NCBI GenBank assembly: GCA_963693365.1
Contig: CAVNZM010000005.1
Location: 6,021,167 to 6,085,166, forward strand
DNA length: 64,000 bases
Direction: 5' to 3'
Source: Amoebidium appalachense
Taxonomy: Eukaryota; Protista; Ichthyosporea
Below, piece by piece: positions 26,313 to 49,321 of the stretch (position 1 is its first letter; every line of letters begins with the position of its first letter). Under the pieces are notes generated by a model. That model did no database searches, was not told the origin of the DNA, and saw only the letters and a program-made list of their open reading frames with translations. Both the position numbers and the translations under genes were made by a program.

Positions 26313-28100
26313 CACACACACAGCCTGTCGAAACGTGTACATGCTATTGCAATTAGCACTCACTCGCACGCTCACTCACACTCGACACTACATGTCGGAC
26401 TGCAGTACACCCTCGAGGTTCACAGACACGCTCACACAGGTTCACACACGGCCTGGCTCGGCGACATACACACACAAGTCACGAGGTTTAAGTGGCACAG
26501 TTGGCACGCACACACGCACGCACGCACTCACGTGTACTCACTCACGCTGCCGCACGCACGCACGCACGTGCCAGCCTGGCCAGAGCGGATCTCATGCACG
26601 TGCTGCGAAGTTGTGGGAACAATGTTGACTGGTCGAAAGTACCGGATCTTCACCAATGAGCATGCCTAAATGTGAACTATATTAAGCTATCTTTACTACT
26701 AAACTTGTAATACGATTGGTCTATGCAATTTTTTTGGAATTTTGAGTCGTATAAATTTCATTGGTAGGTGCGTTTTCATCCAATCGGTTTCTTCGTCGGC
26801 ACATTCCGTAAATTCTTACGTTTTTCATTGGTTTAATGTTTTAGTGTTAAGTGTCCCCTAAAACTTCTTACAATGGGGCGTGTCTTGTGTGTGTAAACCA
26901 AAATGCCGACGACTTGGTGATGAAATCAGATGAATCAATAACTCACACAATATGTACAAAGAATAGAGTTTTTCTAGGGCCAAGCCCCTCGTTATTCTTT
27001 TTTGCAACAAGTGTGTAGTACAACATGTCATTTTGTATATACTCATCTGTCCAAGACCTGCGAGTTCGCATTGGTTTTGGTAATAAACGGAATTAATCTG
27101 AAATATCCGGAAATATACATGAGCCCTCAAGTAGAAGTTTCGGAAGATTTTGTTTACCTTCTTCCTTGCCGAGTTGCCACTGTGACAAACGGTACGTGCC
27201 CTCGAACAGAGATGTCCTCGAACAAACTACAGCCTCGAAGTCCTCGAGGGAACTTTTGCAAACAACTATACCAGCCTCTCGAGGTTGTGTTGTCTCCAGG
27301 TGTAGAAGGAACCCACCAGCCGCTTTAGCTCTTTTTTATGACTCGTACTGTTCAAAAAATCAAAGCCTATGGTGCACTATGGCTGCGACCGGTCAGCTGA
27401 CTCAGCGCGCAACCATTCCTACTCGTTATCGTCAGAGACAACAACAACGAGTTATGAAATCTGCAGAATGCAGATTTGACCGCGCCGGGCGGCCCGGGCC
27501 TAGCCTATTCTGGCACGTAAGTGTGTCTGCCGGCAGGCACACGGTATATGAATGATCCGCGGTACGGTCACAACCATGACCCCATTCATTTTGTGCTGGT
27601 GTGGATTGTCGCAATATAGGCTGCTTGGTATACCCCCGAACTTGAGAATAGAGTGGTGCATGAGAGTGGTCAAATCCTAATCAATGGAATTCACAAACAC
27701 ATTAAAAGCATTTCATTCCTTACTACTCATCAGCACTTTAGAAAAGTAACTCCTGCATGCCGAAAAGGAACATTTTGGGGCGGAACCAGCGCCCTCCAAC
27801 TCACAACTTCTGCATTTTGGCGAGGCGACACTGTTCGTCCGTGTAGCTATCATTGACACTTATCTTTCTTGAGGCTATTTTCGACAGCATACCGTCATTC
27901 AATATTCAACTTACGGTAGTGTCAGATGTACTTGCCTAAAAACTAAACGCAGGCTAAGTATTGTTTTTTGGTAAACGATCGAAAGCATATGTCACGGTTA
28001 ACAACGTTAACGTTGGCCCACAAATTTGAGCAACATTATTCTGACAGTAGAACACATTTTGAAACCTCGTATACTTTGAACAACTGCTACAGACTCCAAA

Positions 28101-28981
28101 ATGGCGTTCGCCCTTCCGTCTTTTTCCAAGTTCAAAAAGAGAAAGTCAAAGGTCTTCCACGAAGCGAATTTGCACACAGTTGTTGCCATCAACACGAAGA
28201 ACAAAGACATTGGCGTGGAAGCTGTGCTGAAAAAATCCACAGAGAAACGCAAGAAAAGCCTTTCATGCAACGACACGCAAGACTTGCATGACAAGTCGCT
28301 GGATAGTTTGTGCGACACGGATGGCTCAACTTCTTCTCACTACACGTGAGTGCCACCTCTATCAAAACATAAGCATAAACCCTCAATGTCTAGAGTAGGA
28401 AACAAAGGGATGGAATTGGTGTGTGTGTGCTTCTGTGCTCTTGTATATTACAGTGTGTGTTTGCCGGTGTGAAAAATGTGCAAATGTCTGTCGTGGCTCT
28501 AACGCTCGATTGCCTGAACTGCCTGAATTGTACGGATGTTGGCAAAGAAACGTGTTGCATCCCTGTCATGAATTCCCGTGCCTTGGGACGGTGTTTGCAT
28601 GATAAGCTCGTGCTAATGCCATTTTGTTTTCTAAATTTGTGTGCACGCTTGCGCCTGGCAATCTGGTTCCCCGTTCATGCCGCGGTGTTTTGTATGAGTG
28701 TGACAGGACAACAGTAAAAATAGAGATGTCCCCATGGCAGGACCACGTAGGGAGTTGTACTTTTGGATTTGTAAATTGTGGTGTGTTGGGGTTCGATTAC
28801 CTGTTACTTTGAAGCATGCCAGTTTTTTGCCTTGTGGTCCATTAATAGGATGTATGAAAGTGGTTTTTCAAATGTGTCTGGTCTTGTTGCAGAGTGCCCA
28901 TTCATCCCTCACCCCCCCATCAGACACGCACACGCACACGCACGCACACACACACACACACACGCGCGCGCGCGCGTGCGT

Positions 28982-29041
<60 letters not shown>

Positions 29042-29140
29042 CTGACGTATGCTGTCGGTGTGGGCTTTGCAGAGTTTACATTGTGTTGTCTGCCATGAAT
29101 GTGTACTTCATACGCCTGTAACACGCTCTACCCCCCTTAA

Positions 29141-29210
<70 letters not shown>

Positions 29211-29908
29211 ACCTCAACAACTCCTTTCTCGGATTCTTTGCCGTTGCAAACATCTTTTTTGGCTTTGTGTAAGAAATTCACAGCTGTCACTTGTGTGCAA
29301 GAGGCATGATATTCGCTCGACCGAGTCTCCTGTTTGTTTGTGTATGTTGCGGAGACTGGTAGGGGATGAGAGGTGGGCCTTCGAACCGGGGCAAATGCAG
29401 CACATCGACCATTTTAATGGGAACTTTTTATTGGTGGCTGACCATATTAACCCAATCCAGACTGGATGAACTGATTACATATTTCGAAGACACTCTCTAC
29501 AAACGAACGCTACTCGACAAAGAGGTCCAGCTGCGATACGAAGTGCACGACGTTGCAATGATCGAAGCCAACATCGCCAGCCACGATCAGCAGCTTATGA
29601 AATTGCGCGACGGAATTTATGACGCCATGGGTACTCGCGTGGGCATGGACGTAAACCGAGCAAAATACATCGACGCGTTGCTCTGCCGTACGGAACGGAA
29701 ACCGTGCGACTTTTTGCACGGAGGGGTTGGGGTTGGGCCTACGAGAAGAAATACAGCGCCAGTTTTCGGGAGTAATCGAAGAACGAGTGTGGACGTGTTT
29801 GTGGATTTCAAGAAGCGGTCTTCGTTGGGAAACATTTACTCCTCGGCAAAAATCCACGTGCCTTCCAACTCAAAGTCTACTTCGAAATTGGCGCTTTCTG
29901 GACTGTAA
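28101..29908 (+). CDS. Hypothetical protein (~230 aa, two exons), basic N-terminus and possible helical/coiled-coil middle
   Basis: Exon 28101-28345 (AC|GTGAGT) and exon 29461-29908 (CAG|A) join in phase 2. Non-repetitive, coding-like sequence; no family recognised. Confidence 0.62.
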
Positions 29909-29947
29909 CGGTTCTTTCTTCTTCTTTTTTTTTTTTTTACTTTTACT

Positions 29948-29981
<34 letters not shown>

Positions 29982-30117
29982 GTCCCCGACCCATTCCCGG
30001 TTCGCGTTTCTTCTAAGAGGAGGGGTGGGCATGTGTATGTAAATGTTGTATGATAAATTACACTTTGACAAATTCAGTAGCCACCGGGCTGCAATTTAAA
30101 TCCCTTTTGATTCCCCC

Positions 30118-30210
30118 CTGTGCGCATGGCTGATGTTGCATACTTGAATGTTTGCCTTTGCATGTGTCCTTCGTGTATGCGTACTTCGTACCGTGTTCCG
30201 CATTCAAACC
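30118..30210 (+). mobile_element. 5'-truncated tail copy of the intronic element, identical to 1730-1822
   Basis: About 92 nt match the tail of copy 2 base for base, followed by poly-C. Confidence 0.8.
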
Positions 30211-30937
30211 CCCCCCCCCCCCCCTAGTTGCTTAAATTCTTTTCTGTTGAATTTTCTGTCACTCTCTACAGCAAAAACTAGCAGTTTTAGGGGTGGGGGC
30301 GCATTGGATTGCAGTTTTGATCATAAAGCTCGAGTTTAAGAGGCAAATACTTCTAAGCTGTTCGTAAGAAAGTTCTACCTGAAAGACGAATATGTTTCTT
30401 GTACATACCATATGAGCGAAACAGAGGCTCGCCAACGTTTTATGGCTGATTTTTTGGATGCAATGCAGGTCTTGCACAAAACACCAAACCGTATATCTGA
30501 AATTACACATGTAATATATGCGAATTTGAGCGATGAACATTTCTTTTCTAAGCCTTTTAGCTACTGATTCTTGATATTTCCGGCATCTCTGGCATGGAGT
30601 GAAACCCAAAATCCATGTAATTGGCACATAAACCATTGTAAGAAATCAAACAAGCAGCTTTGAAATATACAAAACCCCAAACTTTGTTGCCTATCATGAA
30701 TGAGTATCATCTGGCAATACGTGTACCGATCATATATATGAGTGCACATGGTGCTATAGTGACAACAAGCGGGTGCAGGTGTGTCTGTCTGTCTACACGC
30801 AACAACGCCAGGGAAGGGGAAAAAAAAAAAGAAAAAAGAAACCTTACCCCCTACAGCATATTACTACTTCAACCAAACAAATAGGTTTTTCATTCACTTC
30901 TTTTTCTTTTTTTCTGGATGGTGGTGGTGGTGGTGGT

Positions 30938-30968
<31 letters not shown>

Positions 30969-30975
<7 letters not shown>

Positions 30976-31058
30976 TAACTTAGCTATAGAACTTCGTTCT
31001 GATCATGAATCATGGGGTTATAACTTAGCTATAGAACTTCGTTCTGATCATGAATCAT
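30969..31058. repeat. 45-bp direct tandem duplication
   Basis: GGGGTTATAACTTAGCTATAGAACTTCGTTCTGATCATGAATCAT occurs twice. Confidence 0.9.
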
Positions 31059-31447
31059 GATTCATCTCCATTCGGCATATTAATGAAGGGATATCACAAA
31101 TCTAGCAAGGAATTGGCGATCAAAAACGACAGCCTGAGGGTGCATGCACACGCGAGGCCGGTTGCTCCGCCCGGTGGCAGGGGCCGGGATCCGGATCCGG
31201 TGGAAGAGTGGTTGGGTGGGTGGTGGTGGTGGTGGTGGTGGCGGGGGGGGCGGGAGGGGGGGGAGGGGGGGGGAGGGGGGGGAGGGGGGGGGGGTGGAGA
31301 TGGGACCTCTTGGTCGTAAAAATATTCGTGAGTGCGATATGGAACCGGAGGGAGAGAGCTCTGCGAAGGAGGGAATCCGAAGCAACTGCAATTAAGCTGC
31401 AGGGAAGGTGGGCCTGGGGGGCCGGGGGGAGGGGGGGGGGCCGGGGG

Positions 31448-31483
<36 letters not shown>

Positions 31484-31699
31484 TCGATATCCACGCATCG
31501 TAAAATATGGTAACAAAAAGTGCTGAGTGGTAGCTATGTCGATGTGAAACCCGAGGGGCGGGGGGGCCTGGGCAGGCAGTGAGGGGAAGCAATTTCAACC
31601 ACTGTGGGGAGGGGGTCCATGGGGGGGTTCGAAACTTTGGGGGTTCAACGGGGGGGGGGGGGGGGGGGGGCCTACACACTGCAGTAGGGGACCCTTTTT

Positions 31700-31732
<33 letters not shown>

Positions 31733-32608
31733 GAGGGGACCGGGGGGGTGGGAAGACGGGGGGGGGGGGGGGGGGGGGGGTTCATCACCCATGGCCCCAC
31801 CGTCTCGGCATATGCATACCCCGGGATTCGGACTGGCCCATGACGGCCATGGCCATGGAAATGATCACGATGATGCACGCATACGTATGAGTGTGCGTGT
31901 ATGGCCATAACGTGTACGTGGGTACGACCTGTCTGCGCCACGTGCCAGTTCGTCCGCGTGCACACGTGTACACGTGCATATGTGCAAATGGGGCCGTCGC
32001 TAATACGTGACGTCACGAGTTCAAGCTGCCATTGTCGGCCGTGTATGCCTCAGCAGGAAGTGTGTAATGAATTCTGTGTAAATTTGTAAATAGAAGCCGC
32101 CAAAGTATGCCAAAACATGCAATATCCTAACCCTGAAGGGTGCAAAAAAATCCGACGTATTTCCCGCCAAGTGCTTGGATTATCTTTTTCGATCATTGCT
32201 GCGGCATGGCTTGTGCTTTGCTCTTCATTTTGTGTGGTGTTTCTGTTGCGGAGTGAAGAGAAAGGTTTTGATGAACATAAGAGGCGTTAGAGTGGGTGGG
32301 GTTTTTGATGTGTATGCTTTAGTAGCCGAGGCGTGCCTGTTTTAGCACATTTTACACGACAGCAATACCTATATGCTTCAGACGTTTGTGTGTTTTTGCA
32401 GGGATCTGTTAAGGAAAGAACTTTAAAAGGACTAACCGCCGCATCTACAACGAGGCACAGAAAAAGCCTGTAGGGATAGCTAGCACACCCGTTCCGTTTT
32501 TTTTTCCCCTTTCACGTCTACAAGGCTGGAATTTTGGATCTTGGTAGCTAGCCTTCTTCTGCCTTAGTTTTTGCCTATTTTTTCAGGTGCTATTGCTAAA
32601 CCGCCATA

Positions 32609-41348
<8,740 letters not shown>

Positions 41349-44163
41349 ATGCAAGAAGTGAGATCAAATTCTATTTTGTGTAACAGTTAGTTACTGCTTT
41401 ATTATTGTTGTTGTTGTTATTATTATTTTGCCAGTTTGGTTGGCTCTGCGCAGAGTTTTTTGTGGTTTTGTGCGATTAGTGTGGCCGTGCTAGTCTGGTG
41501 GTTTATTATATGATCATCATTATTTGTTGTTGCGTACAGCCAGGTACGTGCAAAATGATGTGCACATGCATGCGCACATGTTATGGTGTTCACACACACA
41601 CACATGCGCGCACACGCGCACACACACACGCACTCGCACACATACATGCACTCAAGCACATGTTGTCAAGACAGATTCCTCTCGGAAAAGTTTTTCGTTG
41701 CCTTTTTCTCGCCTTCATTCTATTTGGTGTGAGAATGCGGGGAGAGGTGTTGGTCAACTGTGGAGGATTTGGGAAGGAGGCAAAGAGCGGGGGCCGGGTG
41801 AGATTCCTAACTCTGAAGCACCCACACTTCTATGTACATAATTTCTTTTCTTCCTGTGTTTGTCTGACGGTGTATGTGTGCGTGCGTGCGTGTGTTGCCG
41901 TGTTTTTTTTTTTTTGGTTTGTTGGGTTTTTTGGTTTTTTGGTTCTTCCCCCCCCCCCCCCCCCCCCCCTATCTTCAGGCCCACGATACCGCTTGGGCTT
42001 TGGTTTGTTATCAAATATGCAAAATGCAAGTGTGCTGGAAACATGTGCTGCAGAGTAAATCAAACACTATACGTGTCCGTCTGGTAACGGGCATACCCTT
42101 TCTTTCGATCTGTCTGTCTGTACATGTATCTTTGCATGATAACATGATGACCACACCGCAAAAACAGCTGAAAAGCGGCTATAGGGCAGTAGAAGTTTTA
42201 TGTAGTTATGTGTCAGAACGAAAACTTTACTCAGAAAAGTGGAAAAAAACGATTCTTACTAATTATTGTATGCATGTATGTACATGCATGCAATGCACGT
42301 GTACATGTGCATGTGCATATCGGAAGTTCCGGTTGATGTGTGCACGTGTACATAAAATGCTGCAGCAAATTTTCGTTTATTTCAGCACACGCGCACGTAC
42401 ACTGCACACACGTGGCACTGATATTGGCAAGCCGCTGCCACACTGAAACTGTGACAGTGACTCCCTGTACGTGTGTACATGTGATCAAGGTCGCGTGCCC
42501 GTGCACACGTGGGAAATATAGCACTTAAAGATCAGTCACCAGTTCACTCGTTTGGCCAATCAAAAAGCTTCAATTTTATCACCTCAGTTTATCTCCAGAC
42601 TTTGAAAAATCGATGCCTGAGAGTTAGTCTCCAAGGCTATGTACCCGCCGGCTTACGTAAGTGGCCGGACCCGGCCTTACCACGCTGCGGCCGGGTCTAT
42701 GAAGCTGTATTCACGAATCAAATCGCTCGGTGATCCTCGATCTATTACATAATCTGTATTCATCAATCAAATAGCCGCAACAATTTTCAAACTTTAAACT
42801 AAGCATGAAAATTATTGTGTTAAAATGTCTGGGCAGATATATCATGTCTTTTTTAGTTTTATGTTAGCTAGACCTGACATGTTTGCGTATATTTGAACCA
42901 ACCACAAAATAAATAAATAAATTCCGTGACGTCACGATCGAACATTGTCTAGTGACTGTCGCCTGCGGCAATATCGGCCTAATATATAAATAAAATAATA
43001 AATAAAAAATTTTAAAAAAAGAAGAAAGAAGAAGAAGAAGAGTGTACTGATAGTCCTACATCAGATTTATGCCATGCACTCAGAGTGACTACCTGAGAGT
43101 AAAGTACGTAATGGATTTGCCAATTGCCGCAGCAGTAAATAACCCGGTGGATTTTTTGGCCGAGTAGAACGACAATAAAGAGAACTATTCAGTCTTCTGA
43201 TTTATATTTCTTTTGCACACAGCTAAAATTCAACAATCTTTTCAATAGGCAGCGTTCTATGACAAACAAGTTGGAACAACGCCCATGCATTATTTCCAGC
43301 CCTGAAAAACAAGATGATTCAATGACGACATCGATATCGTCCTTGCCAAGACAGATTTGAGAAGAAGCCGTTCTTTGAATATTTTTATACACTATTCCCT
43401 TTTTCGCTTGTTTGTGTTCGCTTATTTGTGTACGTGTTTGTGTTAGTGCTTATTTTGTGCATCATTGCACTCTGTGAATGTCATTGACTCCGTGCAGGTA
43501 TAGGTGCACGCGCGGGCTGATTCATGAATCCTTGCTATTTGAACTCGCATTCCACAGACATTCCAACGCTGTTGTTGGGCCACTGAGGTCAGTTGGTCGT
43601 CAGATTGAGGCTACAATAATAGTTATTTGATAGACACCGTGATAGAGGATAGGGATAGGAAGAGGCAAACTTAACTATTCAAAACACTATGCCAGCCACG
43701 GTCAGAAGAAGACTTCACCCTTTGTCCCGACATTATTTCTTTACAAATAAATTTCGCTTTGCCTTTTCTCTTGCTGGCTCGGTGTATCCATTCAATCAAC
43801 ACCCCGTGTTACAGTAGCGTGATTTTGCCAGAAACCTACTCGCCTTACCATAGAAAAGTTGTGTCCTCACTCAGCTATGAACATCTATCATTTATGGTGA
43901 TGATTAGTTAGTGAACACACCACCTTCAGGGACTGCTAGTAGCACCAGCAACCTATGAAATATTGTCATTGCTATGCCTGTTAGACTTGCATAGACCAAA
44001 CGAAAGGACTGAACAACCCCGAGTGAAGCCGCCTCGTTTCAATGACTCGTCGAGTTGGGTCAGGTGAAGGTCGTTGAAGACATATTAGTACATGTGCTGC
44101 ATACGTGGTCGCTGAAGTCAATTTTGTTTCCCCTCCACACAATAATTAATTACTCAGGGGGTA

Positions 44164-45930
44164 ATGATAGAAACTGCAGGCAGGATGGACGAAGACGGTA
44201 CAAACAAATCACCGGCCAAACCTCGGGTCAGTCCCCTGTCTTTCCCTTCTAGTAATACGTTAAAACTTCCCCAAAGTGAAACTCTTTTTTTGCTTTCTTG
44301 TTGTCGTTCTTTTCCCCCATCCGTTTCTTCCTTCTTTCTTAATTTTCAGCACTCATCAATTAAGCCATTCAAGCTTTTCAAGGCTCAGGACACTTTCCCG
44401 TGCAAGTCTGGTGAGCTGGCTTTTTTTTTTTTTTTTTTTTTTTTCCCCCTCCCTTTACCCATGCTTAGAAGGTCAATGTGACCCCCCGTTTCACTGGCGG
44501 ATGACCCACTGTGATGCGCTTTGTGTTTGCGGCGTTTCCGAGTCTTTGGGTTGTATTCTGTATGGCTCCATCTTTTTCTAGTAAAATATAGCTTTTTGTG
44601 TGTGGACATTGGAATCGCGTTGCGTGTCGTGACGTGGGATCCGCTAGGGTTTACAGAGTTAGCACATTCCCAACATCGCGCTACTGTGCACTAATAAACA
44701 CGCTTATGAATACAGGAAGACTACCACGACCGAGTGCAGAGGCAACGACACGTAAAAATCGCCGCATTTTCAGTCCTTGTTGTCGGCGCCGTGGGGGGGT
44801 TTATCGCGTTGTTTAATAGTTACGACATCCGCACCAATTCCGCGTACAACACGTTCAAATACCAGCCCCCACTAGCAGGACAGGCGGGGGTCATAAAACA
44901 GGCGCTAAACTACGCCTGCGGAGCGATTGCGCTACTGCTCGCATGTATTTCAATATGGATGTACTACGGGCGCGCGCGGCGAACGGGATATAAGCCGACA
45001 AAACTAATCCCGTTGCGTGTTTTTGTCGCAATTTCGCTGGTGTATCCTCTGCTCATATTCCAAGACGGGTGGGGAATAACGCACAAGACTTATGAGGGGT
45101 GGGCGGCGTGGATTTTCTACTATGGGCCTGTGTTTTGGTTCGGGCGGGCCGTGTGCATTCTTCCTCTTTCGGCGCTCCTTATGAGGATTGTACTCATATA
45201 CTACTTCCCTCGCGTCGGGTGGTCGCGAAACGGATCGTTCCGAGAGAATTTGAATTTTATTGTGTGTGCGTACATGGCGGTGTTTTTCGTTCCCCTCGTT
45301 GCGTGCTTCATCTACCACTCCACGGTTATCATTGGCGATCCTTCAAGGTTCATCTTTGTGGGTTTGAATGCCTTGAGAAAATTCCACCCGATATGGCACT
45401 ATATTATGCTCGGGTTCGACTCCATCTTCGCGTACGCGCTCTTTCTCCTTCACAACGACCTTCAACGGCACGATCTCGAACTTTCGGCGTGTCTACTCGG
45501 TGTTTTGGGGCTGTGGTGGTTCGACATTGTATTCTGCGCTATTCGCTCGTATTCTCCCCTCGCAAATGCCCTGTGGCCACACTACATCTACCTCGTGTGC
45601 CTATTCGCGCAGAGTATTCTCTTCAACGCATACTGGCTCACGCGTGGGTTGCCGACACGTGAAACACCGCGTTCCGCTTTGTTTGTTTTCAGCAGCGGTA
45701 GCTCTGGGTCCACGTCGACGGAAGTTATTTTGGTACCTCACGTTCCGGGCATGATCTCTAGCAAATCAAACAAGTTTTCCAGTAGGGCCACGGGTTTAAA
45801 CATGGTTGTTCCTACAAACAGCAACCAAATAGGGGCTGGGGGTAGCGGCAACGGTTGTGGAAGTACGGTGGAGGATGGGGAGGATTTGGCTAGGGCCATT
45901 GTGAGAGATGGAAACAGCGCTCATGTTTAG
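44164..45930 (+). CDS. Orphan multi-pass membrane protein (N-terminal hydrophobic segment plus ~7 TM), GPCR-like topology
   Basis: 398-aa non-repetitive ORF with eight hydrophobic segments and a Ser/Gly-rich tail. Probable first exon 44164(or 44185)-44226 (CGG|GTCAGT), spliced in phase to TACAG|44716. Confidence 0.8.
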
Positions 45931-46512
45931 GTGTGTGTGCGAACAGTGAGTGGTTTTTTTTTGTTTTTTTTGTTTGTTTGTTTGTTTGTTTGTTTGTTTA
46001 CGGTTTTGTGTTGTTAATGATGACGTTGTTGTTGTTGTTGTTGTTGCTTTCTAGTGGGATTTGCAATTCCGATGCCAGCCCTCGGCTGTCCAAAGGTTTT
46101 ATAGTGTAAGGCAATAGCATAGCCATAGTAGTCGGAGAGCCTCATAACTGTGTTTTTGTTTGTGAGATAATATCAGTGGCTGGCCAGAGTTTATTGCCCG
46201 CAACGGTCGAATGTCATGATGGAAGTTGAACTCATTTCACAGATACTGTCCTATAGAGCATCTAATACTATTTAGGACGAGACTTAAAGTATGTACATAA
46301 GCATATGTGTGTTCTAAGGTGCAGAAAGGAGGAGAAATACTAACGGTTTGGTAGGGGTGCCGTCCAGTCCATAGGAAGTCGCCCCAAAACGGTTCGTAAA
46401 CAAAAAACTGTTCAAATTCACGACGGGTTTGCAGTATTTCTGCCGGGCAGTGCCACGGTCTATAGGGCCCACAGCCTCGATGAATAAAAATCGTAGGCAA
46501 GTTCCGATCACT

Positions 46513-46545
<33 letters not shown>

Positions 46546-47061
46546 TTCTCGTCGGGACTCTACAAATGCCGCCCGCCATTACGATTACGCTAGCGACCAA
46601 GACAGATTTTTTTTTTTAAGATTATGCTCTGCGACTAGATTTTGGGCTGATCTTATTGGTGGACGGCAGAAAAAGCTATGCTGGATCACGCATGGCAAGA
46701 GTGGGAAGGAAGCCACCCCCCCCCCCCCCCCCCCCCCCCCTACCCGCCCCTTCCCCCCCACTCCCCCGCAACATCATAGAGTACACTACCGTGATATTGT
46801 CTTCCCCCCCCCCCCCCCCTCTCCCCCCAGCGCCATTAAGATTATGACAGCGGCCTCTAAAAAAATAGAGATTATGACGTCCTGCACCCCCATTGTGGAG
46901 GGGTTTTCTTAAATGGCGGACAGCATCTGTACTTATATGTATGATCGATGCTTGAAATGTGTGTCCCTCTCTGCATAATGATTGACATGCCACGATTTTG
47001 TCCGTTGTAATTTTGTACTTAGTACGTACTACGTTACACATGAGAATAAAAATTCTTTGGA

Positions 47062-47096
<35 letters not shown>

Positions 47097-47192
47097 AGCT
47101 CCTCCTCCTTCCCTTCCAATTTCGCTGGGGGTTCTCTGGATCAGATGAAGTTGCTTGCCGTGTGCCAAAAAAAAAAAAAAAAAAAAAAAAAA

Positions 47193-47230
<38 letters not shown>

Positions 47231-47869
47231 CACACACACACACACACAAACACACACATACACACACACATGACACAAAGTTGGCCTGTTTTTGCCTAAA
47301 ATTCTGCATCGGGCGTCCTACATCCTCACATGTGCCATTTACAGTACCCCCCCCCCCCCCCCCCCCCCCTCTTCCCCCCTCCCCCCCCCGCCCCTCCACC
47401 TACACTCTCTGGTTAACCATTTTCTTGACCGCTCCTCGTAATCGGGTGGATAGTTAACCGCTGGGAGCTAGCCGACCACCCCAACCCTGCAGCCTGTGCG
47501 GTCATGAACCCAGCAATCAGAGACATGGCAGTTGAATTCAAGTAGTGCGTGTGTCGAGGGAGGCTGACGTTGGCACTTGCTTTAAAATTTTAAAAATTTC
47601 CGTGCACGTGCATGCACTTCCAGTGCTCAGTTTCTTGTCACTTATGTATGCCTCAGTCATGGCTGCCCTTAGTAATATTATTATTAGTAGGCGTGTGAAC
47701 ACCCGTGGCATGTAGTGTGCACGTGCCACGACACCACTGAAGTGTATACATGTACACGCACGCACACACGAGCGCGCTCGCGCGCGCGCGCGCACACACA
47801 CACACAGGGACACGCACACAAGCACATAAACCCACGCGCACACATACACAAACAGCGTGGGACAAATGA

Positions 47870-47935
<66 letters not shown>

Positions 47936-48752
47936 GTGACACACACCACACATAAAAACACCCCCCCACACCCACACCCACACACAGACACACACACGAA
48001 TACACACCTGTCCTTCACCCTTACGACTATACAGCCGACATATGCATGTGGGATAATTCCATGCCCACACAAACACCTCGTTTTATTCTGTTCAATTTAC
48101 AGATACATTTTGGACATGCATACAACCAGTATATTTATGACATCGGAATATACGGTAGCATGCATCGTCACCTCCCAACTCCCCGTCGCCTCCAAAACAC
48201 ACACATTATTCAGTACTACACCGACCAAATTCATGGTGAAAGGCGAGGAACAAATAAAGAAAACAATAAGCTTAAATACCGGAACCTTGTTTGAATACAA
48301 TTGCATCACATCTCGTGGCAGCCTAAAAAAGACATGAAACCATCGTAACCCCCCCCCACCCCACACACACACACACACGAAGAAGCAGGCAAAAAAAACC
48401 AAAAAACCAAAAAAAACAGAAATTAAGAAAGAAGGAGAGAAGAAAAGGACATAGACAAGGACGGCAAAAAGAATAGACTGTGATCTTGGGAGAGGATACT
48501 GCGGCCGATTGACTTTCTCTTCTGCCTGTAGAGATCAAAAAGTTCGTGGTCAGTTTTTATCTAAGATTAAACGAAAATATGCGATTGGTCTAAAAAGTTC
48601 TTAAGCTTTAAACGGTTACGGGCTTCAGTAGGGTACTCAGGAGATTGCGAAACGAACTATCAGGTATGCGTGCAATGCTCGTGTTTGACTTCGTGAATAC
48701 CCCCTTGCACTTGTTAGCGTGTGTGTGTGCATCCGTGTCCATGCACGTGTAC

Positions 48753-48817
<65 letters not shown>

Positions 48818-48916
48818 CGTGTACGTGTGTACGAGTGTACGTGTGTGTGTGTACGTGTACGTATGTGTGTCTGTGTGTGTGTGTGTGTGTACGTGTGTGT
48901 GTGTGTGTGTGTGTAC

Positions 48917-48951
<35 letters not shown>

Positions 48952-48954
48952 TGT

Positions 48955-49018
<64 letters not shown>

Positions 49019-49179
49019 ACGAGCACACACATGTGGTATAATCAATCTTAATTGTAATCTTTCAAAGCTTTGGAGCCGTTTGTATTTAGGATGTGTTTGT
49101 TTTCATGCAACCCTTCATGTGTGCGCATGTGTTTGCTTGAACGTACGTGCTTGTGTGTCCGTGTTTGTTGGCACCCACC

Positions 49180-49285
49180 TCACTTCATGTACGACAAGTC
49201 CCCCCTTCTGTCGAGCTTACGACGGAGATAGTTGAACTCCAGCTGGCCCGTGCTGTAATGAAGGGAGGGGGGAGGGAGGAGGGCG

Positions 49286-49321
<36 letters not shown>

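Noticed and set aside
30969-31058. CRISPR-like repeat
   Set aside because: Two adjacent copies with no spacer, eukaryotic context, no cas genes.
42540-42990. Possible non-autonomous transposon (GC-rich palindromes, (TAAA)n, CGTGACGTCACG)
   Set aside because: No terminal inverted repeats, target-site duplication or second copy identified in the window.
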